A stretch of DNA of 64,000 nucleotides from Nanobdellota archaeon (GTDB lineage: Archaea > Nanobdellota > Nanobdellia > Woesearchaeales > UBA11576): NCBI GenBank assembly GCA_042576705.1, contig JBHPEY010000001.1, positions 1,045 through 65,044 of the forward strand, read 5' to 3'. The first letter of the stretch is position 1, and every line of letters starts with the position of its first letter. Both the position numbers and the translations under genes were made by a program. The notes under the pieces were generated by a model, which worked only from the letters and a program-made list of their open reading frames with translations, did not search any database and was not told the DNA's origin. Below, piece by piece: positions 9,441 to 18,114 of this stretch.

Positions 9441-9734
9441 GATTCTTAATTCAGCTTTGGTTTCAGATGTAGATGTAGTCATGAAGACGGGGACAGAATG
9501 AGCACCAAAGCTGAGGTATCGTTCTGTAGTATTGGATGGAACAAGCCTGGTTGGGACGCGGTCACTACGCTGCGCTTCGTTCTGAGGTTAACAATCCCTG
9601 CGGGATTCTTAACAGACGCAGCTGCTTTATCTGAATTTATTTAGGCAGCAGCATAAGTAAAATAAACGATATAGGGAAAAAGGCCTTCGGCCTGAACGAA
9701 TGACAGACAGTCTTAGAACCTGAGTTCGTGGTGG
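9441..9734 (+). repeat. composite intergenic element (module A + GCTGC hairpin + module C)
   Basis: Module A arms lie at 9441-9461 and 9502-9514, followed by gtattggatgga-caagcctgg. A hairpin gctgctttat..ttaggcagcagc spans 9621-9652. Module C, aaacgatatagggaaaaaggccttcggcc..tgacagacagtcttagaacctgagttcgtggtgg, spans 9661-9734. The element begins 17 nt after the rpl15e stop. Confidence 0.8.
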
Positions 9735-9770
9735 TCTTGGACGCAGACTTCTTGGTCGCGACTAAATAAA

Positions 9771-10997
9771 TCATCTCTTCTCGCAGGTCAATTCGCCATA
9801 CTTCTTGAACTCCTTGATCACGCCGTCGACATGCGCTTCGCCTACGCGTATCAATGGCTTTGTCCCAGGATACATATCCATGTGATAGATGAAGTTCTCT
9901 GTCATCAGTCGGTTCCGCTCGTGGATTATGCCCATTGCACTGCCTGCTGTCTCGGCGAACCTGGTGAGAAGGGTGCTGTCTTTAGCTTTTGGATTCAGGT
10001 TCGCGCCCATGTGGCGCATCGAGGCGCCGATTATGTACATCATAGGCCCTTTTGTTATCGCGATGCCACCCATCACTGCTAATAGTGTGTTGCTTGCCTT
10101 TGATACGCCTTCCCTCCTGCCATCATCATACCTGCCCTCTATGTAGATGACTGGCAGGCCCTGCTTGTATGCGACCGTGCTGATGTCTGGCTCCTGCGCG
10201 CCCAGTCCCCAGATGAATGGAAGCAGTCCTGTGAACAGTATCTTCTCCTCGATGTTCGGCTGCTCGCTGGTGCCTTCGCTTAGGACCATATCGTTCTTTT
10301 CAGAATCCAGGATGCGCCTGGCAGCCTCTGTTGAGCTCTTGTTGTAGTAGTGCGCCTCGCCGAGGAGGGTGAACCTGTATCTCTGGTCTTTCCTCTTCAG
10401 CTCGCAGGATGTGGCTGTCACATTTACAGCTCCAGGGTTCTGGGTCTCCTTTGTCGCATTGTAATGCCCAAAACACAATGCACCTACAACTGCGTATGTC
10501 GAGAGGAAGATGCCCAGCTTTCTCGGCAGCCTCTTCAGCCCGCGCTTCAGCCTGGCAGGGATGTTCCTGAAGTAATCTACAAACCTCGAGGGTATTGACC
10601 TGAAATGGCCTGCAGTCCTCTTCTGCTCGGGTCTTCTGTCAGGCTGTATCTGCCGCTTCCTCTTTTCGTAGGCATATGAGACCATGTTTGTCGCGCAGCC
10701 TATGCCCAGCAGCCATGGCTGGACAAAAACCGCAGCCAGCTGCACAGGAAGGGTCATGTTTGTTGCGCAGTCGCTTATCACATCCTCAAGAAAGTTCTTT
10801 TTAGAAGGTTCTTTTTCTACAACATCATCTATGCTCGACGGGTCAGCGGGTTGGGATTCCTGCTCCCAGCGTCTTGCAGTCGGGATGATGAAAGGAAGCA
10901 CAGCCCTTTGCCCGAAGGAATAAATTGTGTGCTTGCCATAATGCCTGGGACCTTTCCTGCTGCCGCTGTCCTTATCACTACCTTTAGCGAGGTTCAT
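9771..10997 (-). CDS. hypothetical membrane-associated protein, possible TraB/Tiki-superfamily domain
   Basis: The central region is hydrophobic. The C-terminal domain has LLGEAHY and RVGEAHVDGV motifs reminiscent of the GxxH...GxxH pair in TraB/PrgY/Tiki proteins. TTTATTAAAT lies about 28 nt upstream of the ATG. Confidence 0.5.
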   Translation of the reverse strand: MNLAKGSDKDSGSRKGPRHYGKHTIYSFGQRAVLPFIIPTARRWEQESQPADPSSIDDVVEKEPSKKNFLEDVISDCATNMTLPVQLAAVFVQPWLLGIGCATNMVSYAYEKRKRQIQPDRRPEQKRTAGHFRSIPSRFVDYFRNIPARLKRGLKRLPRKLGIFLSTYAVVGALCFGHYNATKETQNPGAVNVTATSCELKRKDQRYRFTLLGEAHYYNKSSTEAARRILDSEKNDMVLSEGTSEQPNIEEKILFTGLLPFIWGLGAQEPDISTVAYKQGLPVIYIEGRYDDGRREGVSKASNTLLAVMGGIAITKGPMMYIIGASMRHMGANLNPKAKDSTLLTRFAETAGSAMGIIHERNRLMTENFIYHMDMYPGTKPLIRVGEAHVDGVIKEFKKYGELTCEKR

Positions 10998-11122
10998 GCA
11001 TGCTGCACGGCCAGCTACGCTTTATTAAATCTCTCTGGAGAAATCTTTTCAAAATGCAAAACATGAAAGCATCGGCGAGCAGAAGTCGGTGGTGCAAGAA
11101 TGTCTTTCAGCCAGAGCTCTTC

Positions 11123-11647
11123 TTATCTACTGACTTCAAGGACGATAGACCTTACCCGTATAGGCACGCCTTTATCGACATCGTACACATCGTCCTCGAA
11201 CTGCAGGGTGAAACCATTGGGTCGAGGGGTGATATCCTTCACTATGGCCTGCTCGTATACCTTTATCAGTTCCTCGAAATCGGAATCCTTCGGCGAGATC
11301 CCCAACACTATAGAGTCATCTGTGTTCGTGGTCGATTGGTACATGAATCCCCTTGCCGCATCACTTGTCCCTGTGTCGAAAGCAGGGCCGTAATTCGTTG
11401 CCAGCCAGTCAAAGTCATTCTGCGTGTCGAATGTCGCGTGGTCGAAGACCTCCTTAAGGCTCTGGGCAAAACAGTAGACCAGTGATTCTATGCCGTCAAC
11501 CTTTTCGCCATCAAATACTGTTGTCTTTGCCTTGGCTACTGCGTTCTTTGCTATCTTCAGGTAATGCTGCAGGGTGCGGTCTGCGTCTATCTTCAGCCTG
11601 TGTGACATCTGTCTTGTCTTCTTCTGATACGTATCTGCTCTTGACAT
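11123..11647 (-). CDS. hypothetical protein, tandem paralog 2
   Basis: The start is an internal Met (MSRADTY) 4 nt after the stop of the upstream paralog. It shares D-F-x-W-x4-Y-G-x-A-F-x2-G-T-x5-G-F-x-Y-x-S and a terminal FED with 11652..12182. Confidence 0.6.
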   Translation of the reverse strand: MSRADTYQKKTRQMSHRLKIDADRTLQHYLKIAKNAVAKAKTTVFDGEKVDGIESLVYCFAQSLKEVFDHATFDTQNDFDWLATNYGPAFDTGTSDAARGFMYQSTTNTDDSIVLGISPKDSDFEELIKVYEQAIVKDITPRPNGFTLQFEDDVYDVDKGVPIRVRSIVLEVSR

Positions 11648-11651
11648 CAAA

Positions 11652-12182
11652 TCACCAGGGCAACTCCATGACCAGCTTCCTGAATGTCTTTCCACTCGCG
11701 TCCTTGTGGTCCTCAAAGAGCGTGTCCACACCAGCCAACGGCTCTATTAGATTCTGCTTGACAGCACCTTCGTATGTCACGATGAACCTATGCTGGCGGA
11801 TTGTCCTTGGGACTAGCTCCAATGCTATAAGGCCCGGCATGATTTCACCTGACCTGTATTCAAAACCATTCGCAGGGGGCTGAGTACCTAATGAGAATGC
11901 CTTGCCATACCTCTGCACTGCCCAGTGGAAATCAGGGTCGTTCTTTGCAAGCCTGTTATCATCAAGTATCTCTGTGAGGCCCTCAATGTAATGGCTTGCG
12001 ATGCATTCGATCGCCTCTGCTTTCTTGTTGTTGTAGTTCCTGCGCCTCAGGCCGCGCTTGGCGCTCTCTTCAGCGGAAATGATTGCGAACTCTATAGAAC
12101 TCCTGGCCCTATGGTCAAATTTGTTCTCAAACATACTAGCTACTGAATCGTACATATTAGTGTAAATAGTTCTCCTTGCCAT
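11652..12182 (-). CDS. hypothetical protein, tandem paralog 1
   Basis: This is a 176-aa ORF. The motif DPDFHWAVQRYGKAFSLGTQPPANGFEYRS aligns with NDFDWLATNYGPAFDTGTSDAARGFMYQS of the downstream gene. Confidence 0.6.
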   Translation of the reverse strand: MARRTIYTNMYDSVASMFENKFDHRARSSIEFAIISAEESAKRGLRRRNYNNKKAEAIECIASHYIEGLTEILDDNRLAKNDPDFHWAVQRYGKAFSLGTQPPANGFEYRSGEIMPGLIALELVPRTIRQHRFIVTYEGAVKQNLIEPLAGVDTLFEDHKDASGKTFRKLVMELPW

Positions 12183-12291
12183 AATATCCCTCTTAATTTG
12201 TTACTTTGAAGGGGTATTTAAATGTTTTTGTCAGTTTTTATCTCATAACATTTATAAATCATTATTGCTATTGTTTTAAAGTGAGGCTGTT

Positions 12292-12471
12292 ATGTTTACA
12301 GAGGTGGATGACATGAAATACAGATGCTTAGGGTGTGGCTATAAATTCCGGCCAAAGACTGAACGGACGCCTAACAGGTGCCCTTTCTGCTCGTCGTCTG
12401 AGATAAAAAGGGATGAGAATGCGCAGGACCTGCTGAACTCTGTAGGGAAAAGGCAGATACCTGACTCATGA
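12292..12471 (+). CDS. small zinc-ribbon protein (59 aa, below ORF-track cutoff)
   Basis: My own translation gives MFTEVDDMKYRCLGCGYKFRPKTERTPNRCPFCSSSEIKRDENAQDLLNSVGKRQIPDS, with CxxC-x15-CxxC. TTTATAAA lies at about 12252-12259 and GTGAGG lies 6 nt before the ATG. The HD gene follows 23 nt downstream. Confidence 0.55.
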   Translation: MFTEVDDMKYRCLGCGYKFRPKTERTPNRCPFCSSSEIKRDENAQDLLNSVGKRQIPDS

Positions 12472-12494
12472 GAGATGTCTGGACGGTTGCCTAA

Positions 12495-13235
12495 ATGCGA
12501 TTATTGAATCCAGGCTTTACAGACAAGAAGGACTTTTTAGTATTCTGCGAAGTAGAAGATGCTGCGTTGAAGCTGCTTGAACGTGATCTTTCGAAGTCAA
12601 AGAAGGAATTGTATTATCATTCTGTGGGTCATACGCTTTCTGTGCTCAAGCATGCGTTGAAGTTCGGCAAGGCAGAGGGGCTGGAGTCCCGGAAGCTGTT
12701 GCTGCTTGCAGTGGCTGCGCTTTTCCATGATACCGGATATGGGGATGAGTATGAGAAGAACGAGTTCTGGGGGGCCAAGCGGGCCAAGCTGGTTCTGCCT
12801 AAGTATGGTTTCTCTTCGGAAGAGATTGAGACGATCAAGGATATCATCATGGCTACGCAGCTGCATGCTGACATGAAGGCGCGTCCGCGGAATCATCTTG
12901 AGAGCGTGATGTGCGATGCTGATCTTGTCAATGTGGGGTTTCCTACCAAGAAGTATGTTGAGATCAGTGAGAAGTTGAGGAAGGAGTTCGGTGTTGAGGA
13001 TGAGGTGATCTGGATCGAGAGCCAGTTGAAGTTCTTTGATGCTCATGAGTTCCATACAGAGTCTGCGCTTAAATGGGGGATGAAGCAGAAGGCGCGGAAT
13101 CGGAAGTTCTTGGAGAAGAGGTTGAAGAAGTTGAGGAAGGTTCGAGAGAAGGCTAAGGAGAAGGAAGAGAAGGAGGGTAAGGAAGAGGAAAAAGCTGAGA
13201 CTGAACCTGCTGAAAAAGAAAATCTTTCTAATTAA
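12495..13235 (+). CDS. HD-domain metal-dependent phosphohydrolase with K/E-rich tail
   Basis: YYHSVGHTLSVLKHAL...LLLLAVAALFHDTGY supplies the H...HD signature, with CDADLVNVG downstream. The C-terminal roughly 50 aa are lysine/glutamate-rich. Confidence 0.8.
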   Translation: MRLLNPGFTDKKDFLVFCEVEDAALKLLERDLSKSKKELYYHSVGHTLSVLKHALKFGKAEGLESRKLLLLAVAALFHDTGYGDEYEKNEFWGAKRAKLVLPKYGFSSEEIETIKDIIMATQLHADMKARPRNHLESVMCDADLVNVGFPTKKYVEISEKLRKEFGVEDEVIWIESQLKFFDAHEFHTESALKWGMKQKARNRKFLEKRLKKLRKVREKAKEKEEKEGKEEEKAETEPAEKENLSN

Positions 13236-13247
13236 TGAGCTACTTCT

Positions 13248-13429
13248 GGAGCAAAGCTGAGCCCTACTACGCTTTTTGCTGCGCAAAAAGCTCCGTTCGT
13301 CGCCAGGCTCGCCCACTATTGTTGTTTCTATAGGGCCTGTCCCCCCGGAGGGGCCGACCCCCGACGACGGCCTGTATTCATTTGTTTTAAGGGGCTCGCG
13401 GAGGGCGACGACGGTCTCAGCTTTGCTCC
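13248..13429. repeat. long imperfect palindromic element (MITE-like)
   Basis: Terminal inverted repeats are ggagcaaagctgag (13248-13261) and ctcagctttgctcc (13416-13429). Inner arms cgttcgtcgccaggctcgccc and gggctcgcggagggcgacgacgg also pair, around a GC-rich centre gggcctgtccccccggaggggcc. The element starts 13 nt after the HD gene stop. Confidence 0.65.
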
Positions 13430-13512
13430 TGGTGCTATTTGTGGAGGTGCTGTTTACTGTGCTTTAAAACCAAAGCAAAAACTTAAATACGATTAACTGT
13501 GGTGTTTACTGT

Positions 13513-13923
13513 ATGAAGTGCGTGCGGGTTAATGTTCGGAAGCTGGAGGTTGAGTCGTTCTCTCTTAAAGATGGGGCTGAGCTTAAGCTGTTCTTTGATG
13601 ATGGTTCTAAGAAGTGCCTGTTGTATTCTGCGGCGCTTGCTAATGTCGAGGAGGATGTGAAGAATATCATACTCAAGATACATACCTATGAGAAATCAGA
13701 GAATAAGGTGTTTGATGCTGATGATGTGCTGGATTCGTTTGTGTCTGTGGTGATTGAGCATGAGGAGGAGCTTCTTGAGAAGATGAGGACGTTCCTTGGG
13801 CGGTTGCGGGATGAGAAGGCGCGGCTGCAGAATTTTGGTTCGCATTCTGGGTATATCGAGTCCCTGAACAAGATGCAGAAGAAGTGTATCGAGTTCCGTA
13901 AGGGTGTCGTGCGTAATGAGTGA
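13513..13923 (+). CDS. hypothetical protein upstream of PIN gene
   Basis: This 136-aa ORF ends 6-12 nt before the PIN gene start. I see no recognisable antitoxin fold (no RHH, AbrB or HTH motif). Confidence 0.5.
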   Translation: MKCVRVNVRKLEVESFSLKDGAELKLFFDDGSKKCLLYSAALANVEEDVKNIILKIHTYEKSENKVFDADDVLDSFVSVVIEHEEELLEKMRTFLGRLRDEKARLQNFGSHSGYIESLNKMQKKCIEFRKGVVRNE

Positions 13924-13935
13924 GACTGGGTGAAG

Positions 13936-14406
13936 ATGAAAGAGCTTATCTCTGCGTTGGAAGAGGGTTCTGATGTTGATTATCTTCTTGATACGTGCTT
14001 TGTGTTGTTTATGATTGAGAGAGGTCATACGCATAAGCTTGAGTCTTTCTGTGAGAACAATAAGGTCGGGATGTCTAGTTTCAATCTTGCTGAGATCGAC
14101 CATGTGCATCGTGGGTTGAAAGGGACTGTGAATCATCATCTACGGGATTTCTTGAAGAAGAGGTTGATCGTGAATGTTCTTGTTGATGTGCGGCCTGGTG
14201 AACGGGAGCGGGAGAAGGAATATGTCTCTGATTTTGATGAGGATTTCCTGCGGCTGGTGCGTGATCCAAGTGACGCGGTGCTGCTTGTGCAGGCGTTACG
14301 GCTGCATGCCACTGTGTTGACACGGGACAAGCATCATATATTTACAGCGGTTGCTGAGAATTATGTCGGGCAGTATGGGATATCTGTGCTTAATGATTTT
14401 CCTTAG
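13936..14406 (+). CDS. PIN-domain ribonuclease (VapC-like)
   Basis: The acidic quartet pattern is present: YLLDTCF (D), MIERG (E), DPSDAVLLVQAL (D) and VLTRDKH (D). The track start at 13930 is GTG; the first ATG is at 13936. Confidence 0.75.
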   Translation: MKELISALEEGSDVDYLLDTCFVLFMIERGHTHKLESFCENNKVGMSSFNLAEIDHVHRGLKGTVNHHLRDFLKKRLIVNVLVDVRPGEREREKEYVSDFDEDFLRLVRDPSDAVLLVQALRLHATVLTRDKHHIFTAVAENYVGQYGISVLNDFP

Positions 14407-14455
14407 AATTCTTGAAATGATTTAAAAAAATATTTTGAAAATAAAAAAATAATTC

Positions 14456-16663
14456 TTAATCTCTTGGGCTCGTGAAAGCAACGATCAGTATCACGACGAT
14501 GCCAATTATCGCCAGCACGCTCAGCACTGAAAGGAGTGCCAGATAACTTGTTGAGTCTGAGAAGCCGCTCTTCTCTGTCATGTCGGTTATCTTTGTCGGT
14601 GTGCCTGCGACAACGCCCTGGGTTGTCGGGGCAGTCTGTCCGCCGCTGTAGAGGATCTGCACGCTTGATGTGGTTGAGCTTGCAGCATCATCTGCTTCAC
14701 TTGCTTCGCTTGACTTGCTGTCATCGCTTGTGCTTGATCCGCTTGTCGTGCCTGAGCTTGAACCGGATGAAGTGCTTGATCCGCTTGTCGTGCCTGAACT
14801 TGAGCTTGACGAGCTTGAGCTTGAACTTGGAGAGCAGGTCACTTTCACGTCGACCCTTCGCTCATCTGTCTGCTTGTTGCCGTCATCCCTGTACAGCTTG
14901 CCCACGATCGTGTAGGTGCCTGCACCGAGTGTTGCAGGGACCTTTATGGATGTCTTGTAGTCGAACTCCATGCACTCGTCCTCATCCGGATCGATTGCGT
15001 TGCAGCCATCATCCTCATCATAGGCACCCATCTCGAACTCCACCCTCTGCTGGAGGTTGAAGTCATCGCCGAGCAGCTTTAGGACTGTCTCGTCCTCGCC
15101 CTTCTTGCCGGTGTTCTTACCATCAGCATATATCGTCAGGGTGTTTCCGCAGCTCACTGAAGATGTTGCGTCGAGCCTTGAGAATACGATCTCAGCCTTG
15201 CTCTCCCTTTCAACATCGATTGAGAAGTTGAAGCTCGCTGTGTGGGTCGCGCCGTTGTCATCTTCACCTTCTGCAGTCAGCTCCATGATAAGCTTGCCAT
15301 CATCAGAGTCCCAGTCGATCATCTCGTCTTCAAATATATCTACCCACTCGCTGTCATCGCCTGCGTCAATATCGAAATTATCAGAATCCTCATCGATATC
15401 ATCGCCGTCCTCGCCAGCGCCGTAGAAGATCGCTGTGATGGTCACGTCTTCCATATCATTGTCATTATCATCATCGTCAAGCGTGTTCTTCATCTGGATC
15501 TTGAGAGTGAACTCATCACCAGGCGTTGCCTCGTCATCAGCAGTGCTGTCCTCATTGACAGAGTCATATGAGTTGTCTGCGATGCTGATCTTGACAGTGT
15601 CGAACTCAAGGCCGGATTCTGCATTGACCTTGATGTCTGATGTCTTTGAGAACTCAGCTGAGTTGAAGTTCAGTGTCCCGACCTTGAACAGACCTGAATC
15701 TGCGTTGTCAGGCACTTCTGTGCTGACAGTCACCTGGAATTCCTGTCCTGGAGTCAGTGTTGAAGGGATAGTCCCTGTGACAGTCGTATCACCATCGCTT
15801 GATGTGACTGTGACAGCTGTAAGCGTGTAGTCGCCAGAGTTCTTTATGGTGACTGATTTTGAGACTGAAACGCCTCTCTCGCTCTCACTGTGTATCACAG
15901 CAGGAAGATCGACCTTGTACTCAGGGTCTTTCACAATGACAGATGCAGTGATGCTCTTGGTGGTTCCCATGTGGGTCAGGCTGACCTGGCCGCTGTAGGT
16001 GCCGGCTGCCTGGGTCGTGCCTGGGCTGAAAGCGATATTGAATGAGTTGCTCGCAGCGTGGTTTATGTTCACGGAACCTGTAGTACCGCTTGTAGGAGCA
16101 ATCGTGTTGGAGCCTGAAGTGAACGGGCTCGCTATCGTGTATGTCAGGCCTGTGATGTCTGCATTTCCTGTGTTTGCCACATCGACAGTGATCTGGCCTG
16201 AGTTCCCCTTGACAATGGAAGGTGTGTTGCTTGCTGCGGAGAAATCAGGGACTGCATTGACAGTCACCTGGAGTGCTGCTGAATCCTTGTGGGAATCGTT
16301 ATGCACTGCGTTGATAGTGCCTGTATAGACACCTGCCTTCTGGCCTGAAGGTATGCTCAGTATGATTGCATTAGGATAGATCTCACTGGCGATCAGGCTG
16401 AAAGAGCTGCTGAAGAATGAGACGGAGCTCTTTGGCATTGTGCCGGACGCACCTGTCAGATCGGTAGCGTTCATGATTATATTGTCAAGCTGCTGTGCTC
16501 CAGTGTTCTGGATAGTAGCTGCCATAGACGTATTTGTGGCGCCAGGATTGCCTGAGATCAAGATTGAGGCCTCCTGTATATTGATGTTGCCGACCGCTAC
16601 AACGCTTAATACAAGCGCTAATGCGATGAGCATATACAAAAACAGTTTATTCTTCATTTTCAC
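14456..16663 (-). CDS. large surface (S-layer/adhesin-like) protein, signal peptide plus C-terminal TM anchor
   Basis: The N-terminal signal is MKMKNKLFLYMLIALALVLSVVAV. Repeated beta-rich T/S/G/N-rich domains are followed by an acidic D-rich insert and a Ser/Thr linker with a 42-nt DNA repeat at about 14730 and 14772. The terminal TM segment is LALLSVLSVLAIIGIVVILIVAF. GGAGG lies 8 nt upstream of the ATG. Confidence 0.8.
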   Translation of the reverse strand: MKMKNKLFLYMLIALALVLSVVAVGNINIQEASILISGNPGATNTSMAATIQNTGAQQLDNIIMNATDLTGASGTMPKSSVSFFSSSFSLIASEIYPNAIILSIPSGQKAGVYTGTINAVHNDSHKDSAALQVTVNAVPDFSAASNTPSIVKGNSGQITVDVANTGNADITGLTYTIASPFTSGSNTIAPTSGTTGSVNINHAASNSFNIAFSPGTTQAAGTYSGQVSLTHMGTTKSITASVIVKDPEYKVDLPAVIHSESERGVSVSKSVTIKNSGDYTLTAVTVTSSDGDTTVTGTIPSTLTPGQEFQVTVSTEVPDNADSGLFKVGTLNFNSAEFSKTSDIKVNAESGLEFDTVKISIADNSYDSVNEDSTADDEATPGDEFTLKIQMKNTLDDDDNDNDMEDVTITAIFYGAGEDGDDIDEDSDNFDIDAGDDSEWVDIFEDEMIDWDSDDGKLIMELTAEGEDDNGATHTASFNFSIDVERESKAEIVFSRLDATSSVSCGNTLTIYADGKNTGKKGEDETVLKLLGDDFNLQQRVEFEMGAYDEDDGCNAIDPDEDECMEFDYKTSIKVPATLGAGTYTIVGKLYRDDGNKQTDERRVDVKVTCSPSSSSSSSSSSSGTTSGSSTSSGSSSGTTSGSSTSDDSKSSEASEADDAASSTTSSVQILYSGGQTAPTTQGVVAGTPTKITDMTEKSGFSDSTSYLALLSVLSVLAIIGIVVILIVAFTSPRD

Positions 16664-16880
16664 ACCTTCCTCCGTAGTGTAGCGTAATATCTAGTATTAG
16701 CATGCCTCACAAGCCAATAGAAGCGTTTAACCGTGCTCTAAAGGCCAAATAACTCTTTTTTGCGTGTAAAAGCCCCCAAAAATAATTTTACTTGGGTTTT
16801 TTGTTGTTATCTTACAGTGGTATTCGATATATAAATGTTTGGGTAATTTTAAATATTTAAGTTTGTTAAAAATATTCAAT

Positions 16881-17168
16881 ATGGCTCAAAAATCACAATG
16901 TCTGGATGATCTGACAAGACAGGTCACAACGCCTATCTTAGATAAATTCGCAGAAATGATGCTGGAGATCACAGCTTGCTTAGGTGACGCTGCACCCCAT
17001 ACGTCCCTAGAATTCGCTGAACAGATCGGCAGATATATGGAATCTGGTAGCCTTACAGAAGAAGGAAAGGACTTCTTGGTGGGTTACATAAATGAGCAGC
17101 GAACTGTTAAGGATACATATTATTCCTTTATGAAAGCTGTCGGCAAATCAATCCTTGAACGTCGCTAA
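16881..17168 (+). CDS. hypothetical protein
   Basis: The ORF is 16839..17168 and its first ATG gives MAQKSQCLDD... I recognise no motifs. Confidence 0.4.
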   Translation: MAQKSQCLDDLTRQVTTPILDKFAEMMLEITACLGDAAPHTSLEFAEQIGRYMESGSLTEEGKDFLVGYINEQRTVKDTYYSFMKAVGKSILERR

Positions 17169-17169
17169 T

Positions 17170-17766
17170 TCACCTCTTCTGCTTCCTGAGATGCCTGTGG
17201 GCTTTCTTTATGTATCCCATGTATTCTCTCTGGACTATCCTGTGAGGCTTCCTGTAGATGCTCATCTGCGGGCCCTTGAACTCAAAGCCCATGATGTATG
17301 AGGTTGATCTGCCTTGGAGGATGCGCTCCACCAGCTTTTTCTCCTGCGCTGTTGACTGGCCAGAGGTGCCCACGTATGAGACAATGTCTGTGTGCTGGGT
17401 GAACCTGCCGTCCAGGCCTGCGTCTGTGTATTCTTTCTGTAATGCGAAGCCAGAGCCGTTCTTGTGGTTGACTGAGATGTAGATGGTGTCTTCAGGGCCG
17501 ATCCTGCAACTGCCTTTGTTGTCTTTTCCTGGCAGGTCGGTGTATGCGATCTCATACTCTGCAGTGGTGTTCGAGAACCTTGCGTGATACTTGTTGCTGT
17601 ATGCCTGGCGTTGCTGGCAGGTTGTCTTGCCGCGCTGTTTCAGGCTCAGGGTCTGTTCATCCTTTGCCTTGACCTGCTGGATGAGGCGCTTGACAGTGGA
17701 TGATACCCTTGCGTCTGCTGTTGATGCGAGAAGTGTTGATAATATTACCAGTGTTGCGTGTCTCAT
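17170..17766 (-). CDS. hypothetical secreted protein
   Basis: An internal Met start gives the signal-like N-terminus MRHATLVILSTLLASTADA. The upstream part of the track ORF lacks coding character. Confidence 0.55.
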   Translation of the reverse strand: MRHATLVILSTLLASTADARVSSTVKRLIQQVKAKDEQTLSLKQRGKTTCQQRQAYSNKYHARFSNTTAEYEIAYTDLPGKDNKGSCRIGPEDTIYISVNHKNGSGFALQKEYTDAGLDGRFTQHTDIVSYVGTSGQSTAQEKKLVERILQGRSTSYIMGFEFKGPQMSIYRKPHRIVQREYMGYIKKAHRHLRKQKR

Positions 17767-18114
17767 TATTCCCCCTGTGTGATTTTTAGGGGTTTTTTGG
17801 TTAAAAATGTTGTGTGGTTTTAGTTGCCTTATGTGGCTGGGAGGGTGTTTTATCTGGGTTTTATGTAAAATCACTGAACCGAAAGGTTTAAATACTAGGT
17901 TTCTCTTATTTGTTGATACTAGTATACAAAAGTCTACAATAACAACATCGGTCACAACGGGCTACTAAAGCGATTTCATGGGTCACAATCTACTTCAGCG
18001 TTTACATTATACTAGTTCGGGTTACATGTAGGGGAAATAGGGATTTTTCTATTTCTCTTCAAGGGTTTTCATCAACGTTGTAGGAAGCGTTGACAAAAAA
18101 AGAGGTTGGACATT

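Noticed and set aside
9661-9734. Considered module C as a C/D-box sRNA (AUGA-like and CUGA strings in the 9661 copy)
   Set aside because: The putative C box (AUAAACGA/AUGAACGA) deviates from RUGAUGA. The terminal CUGA is lost in other copies (cttgag, cttgac), so the boxes are not conserved.
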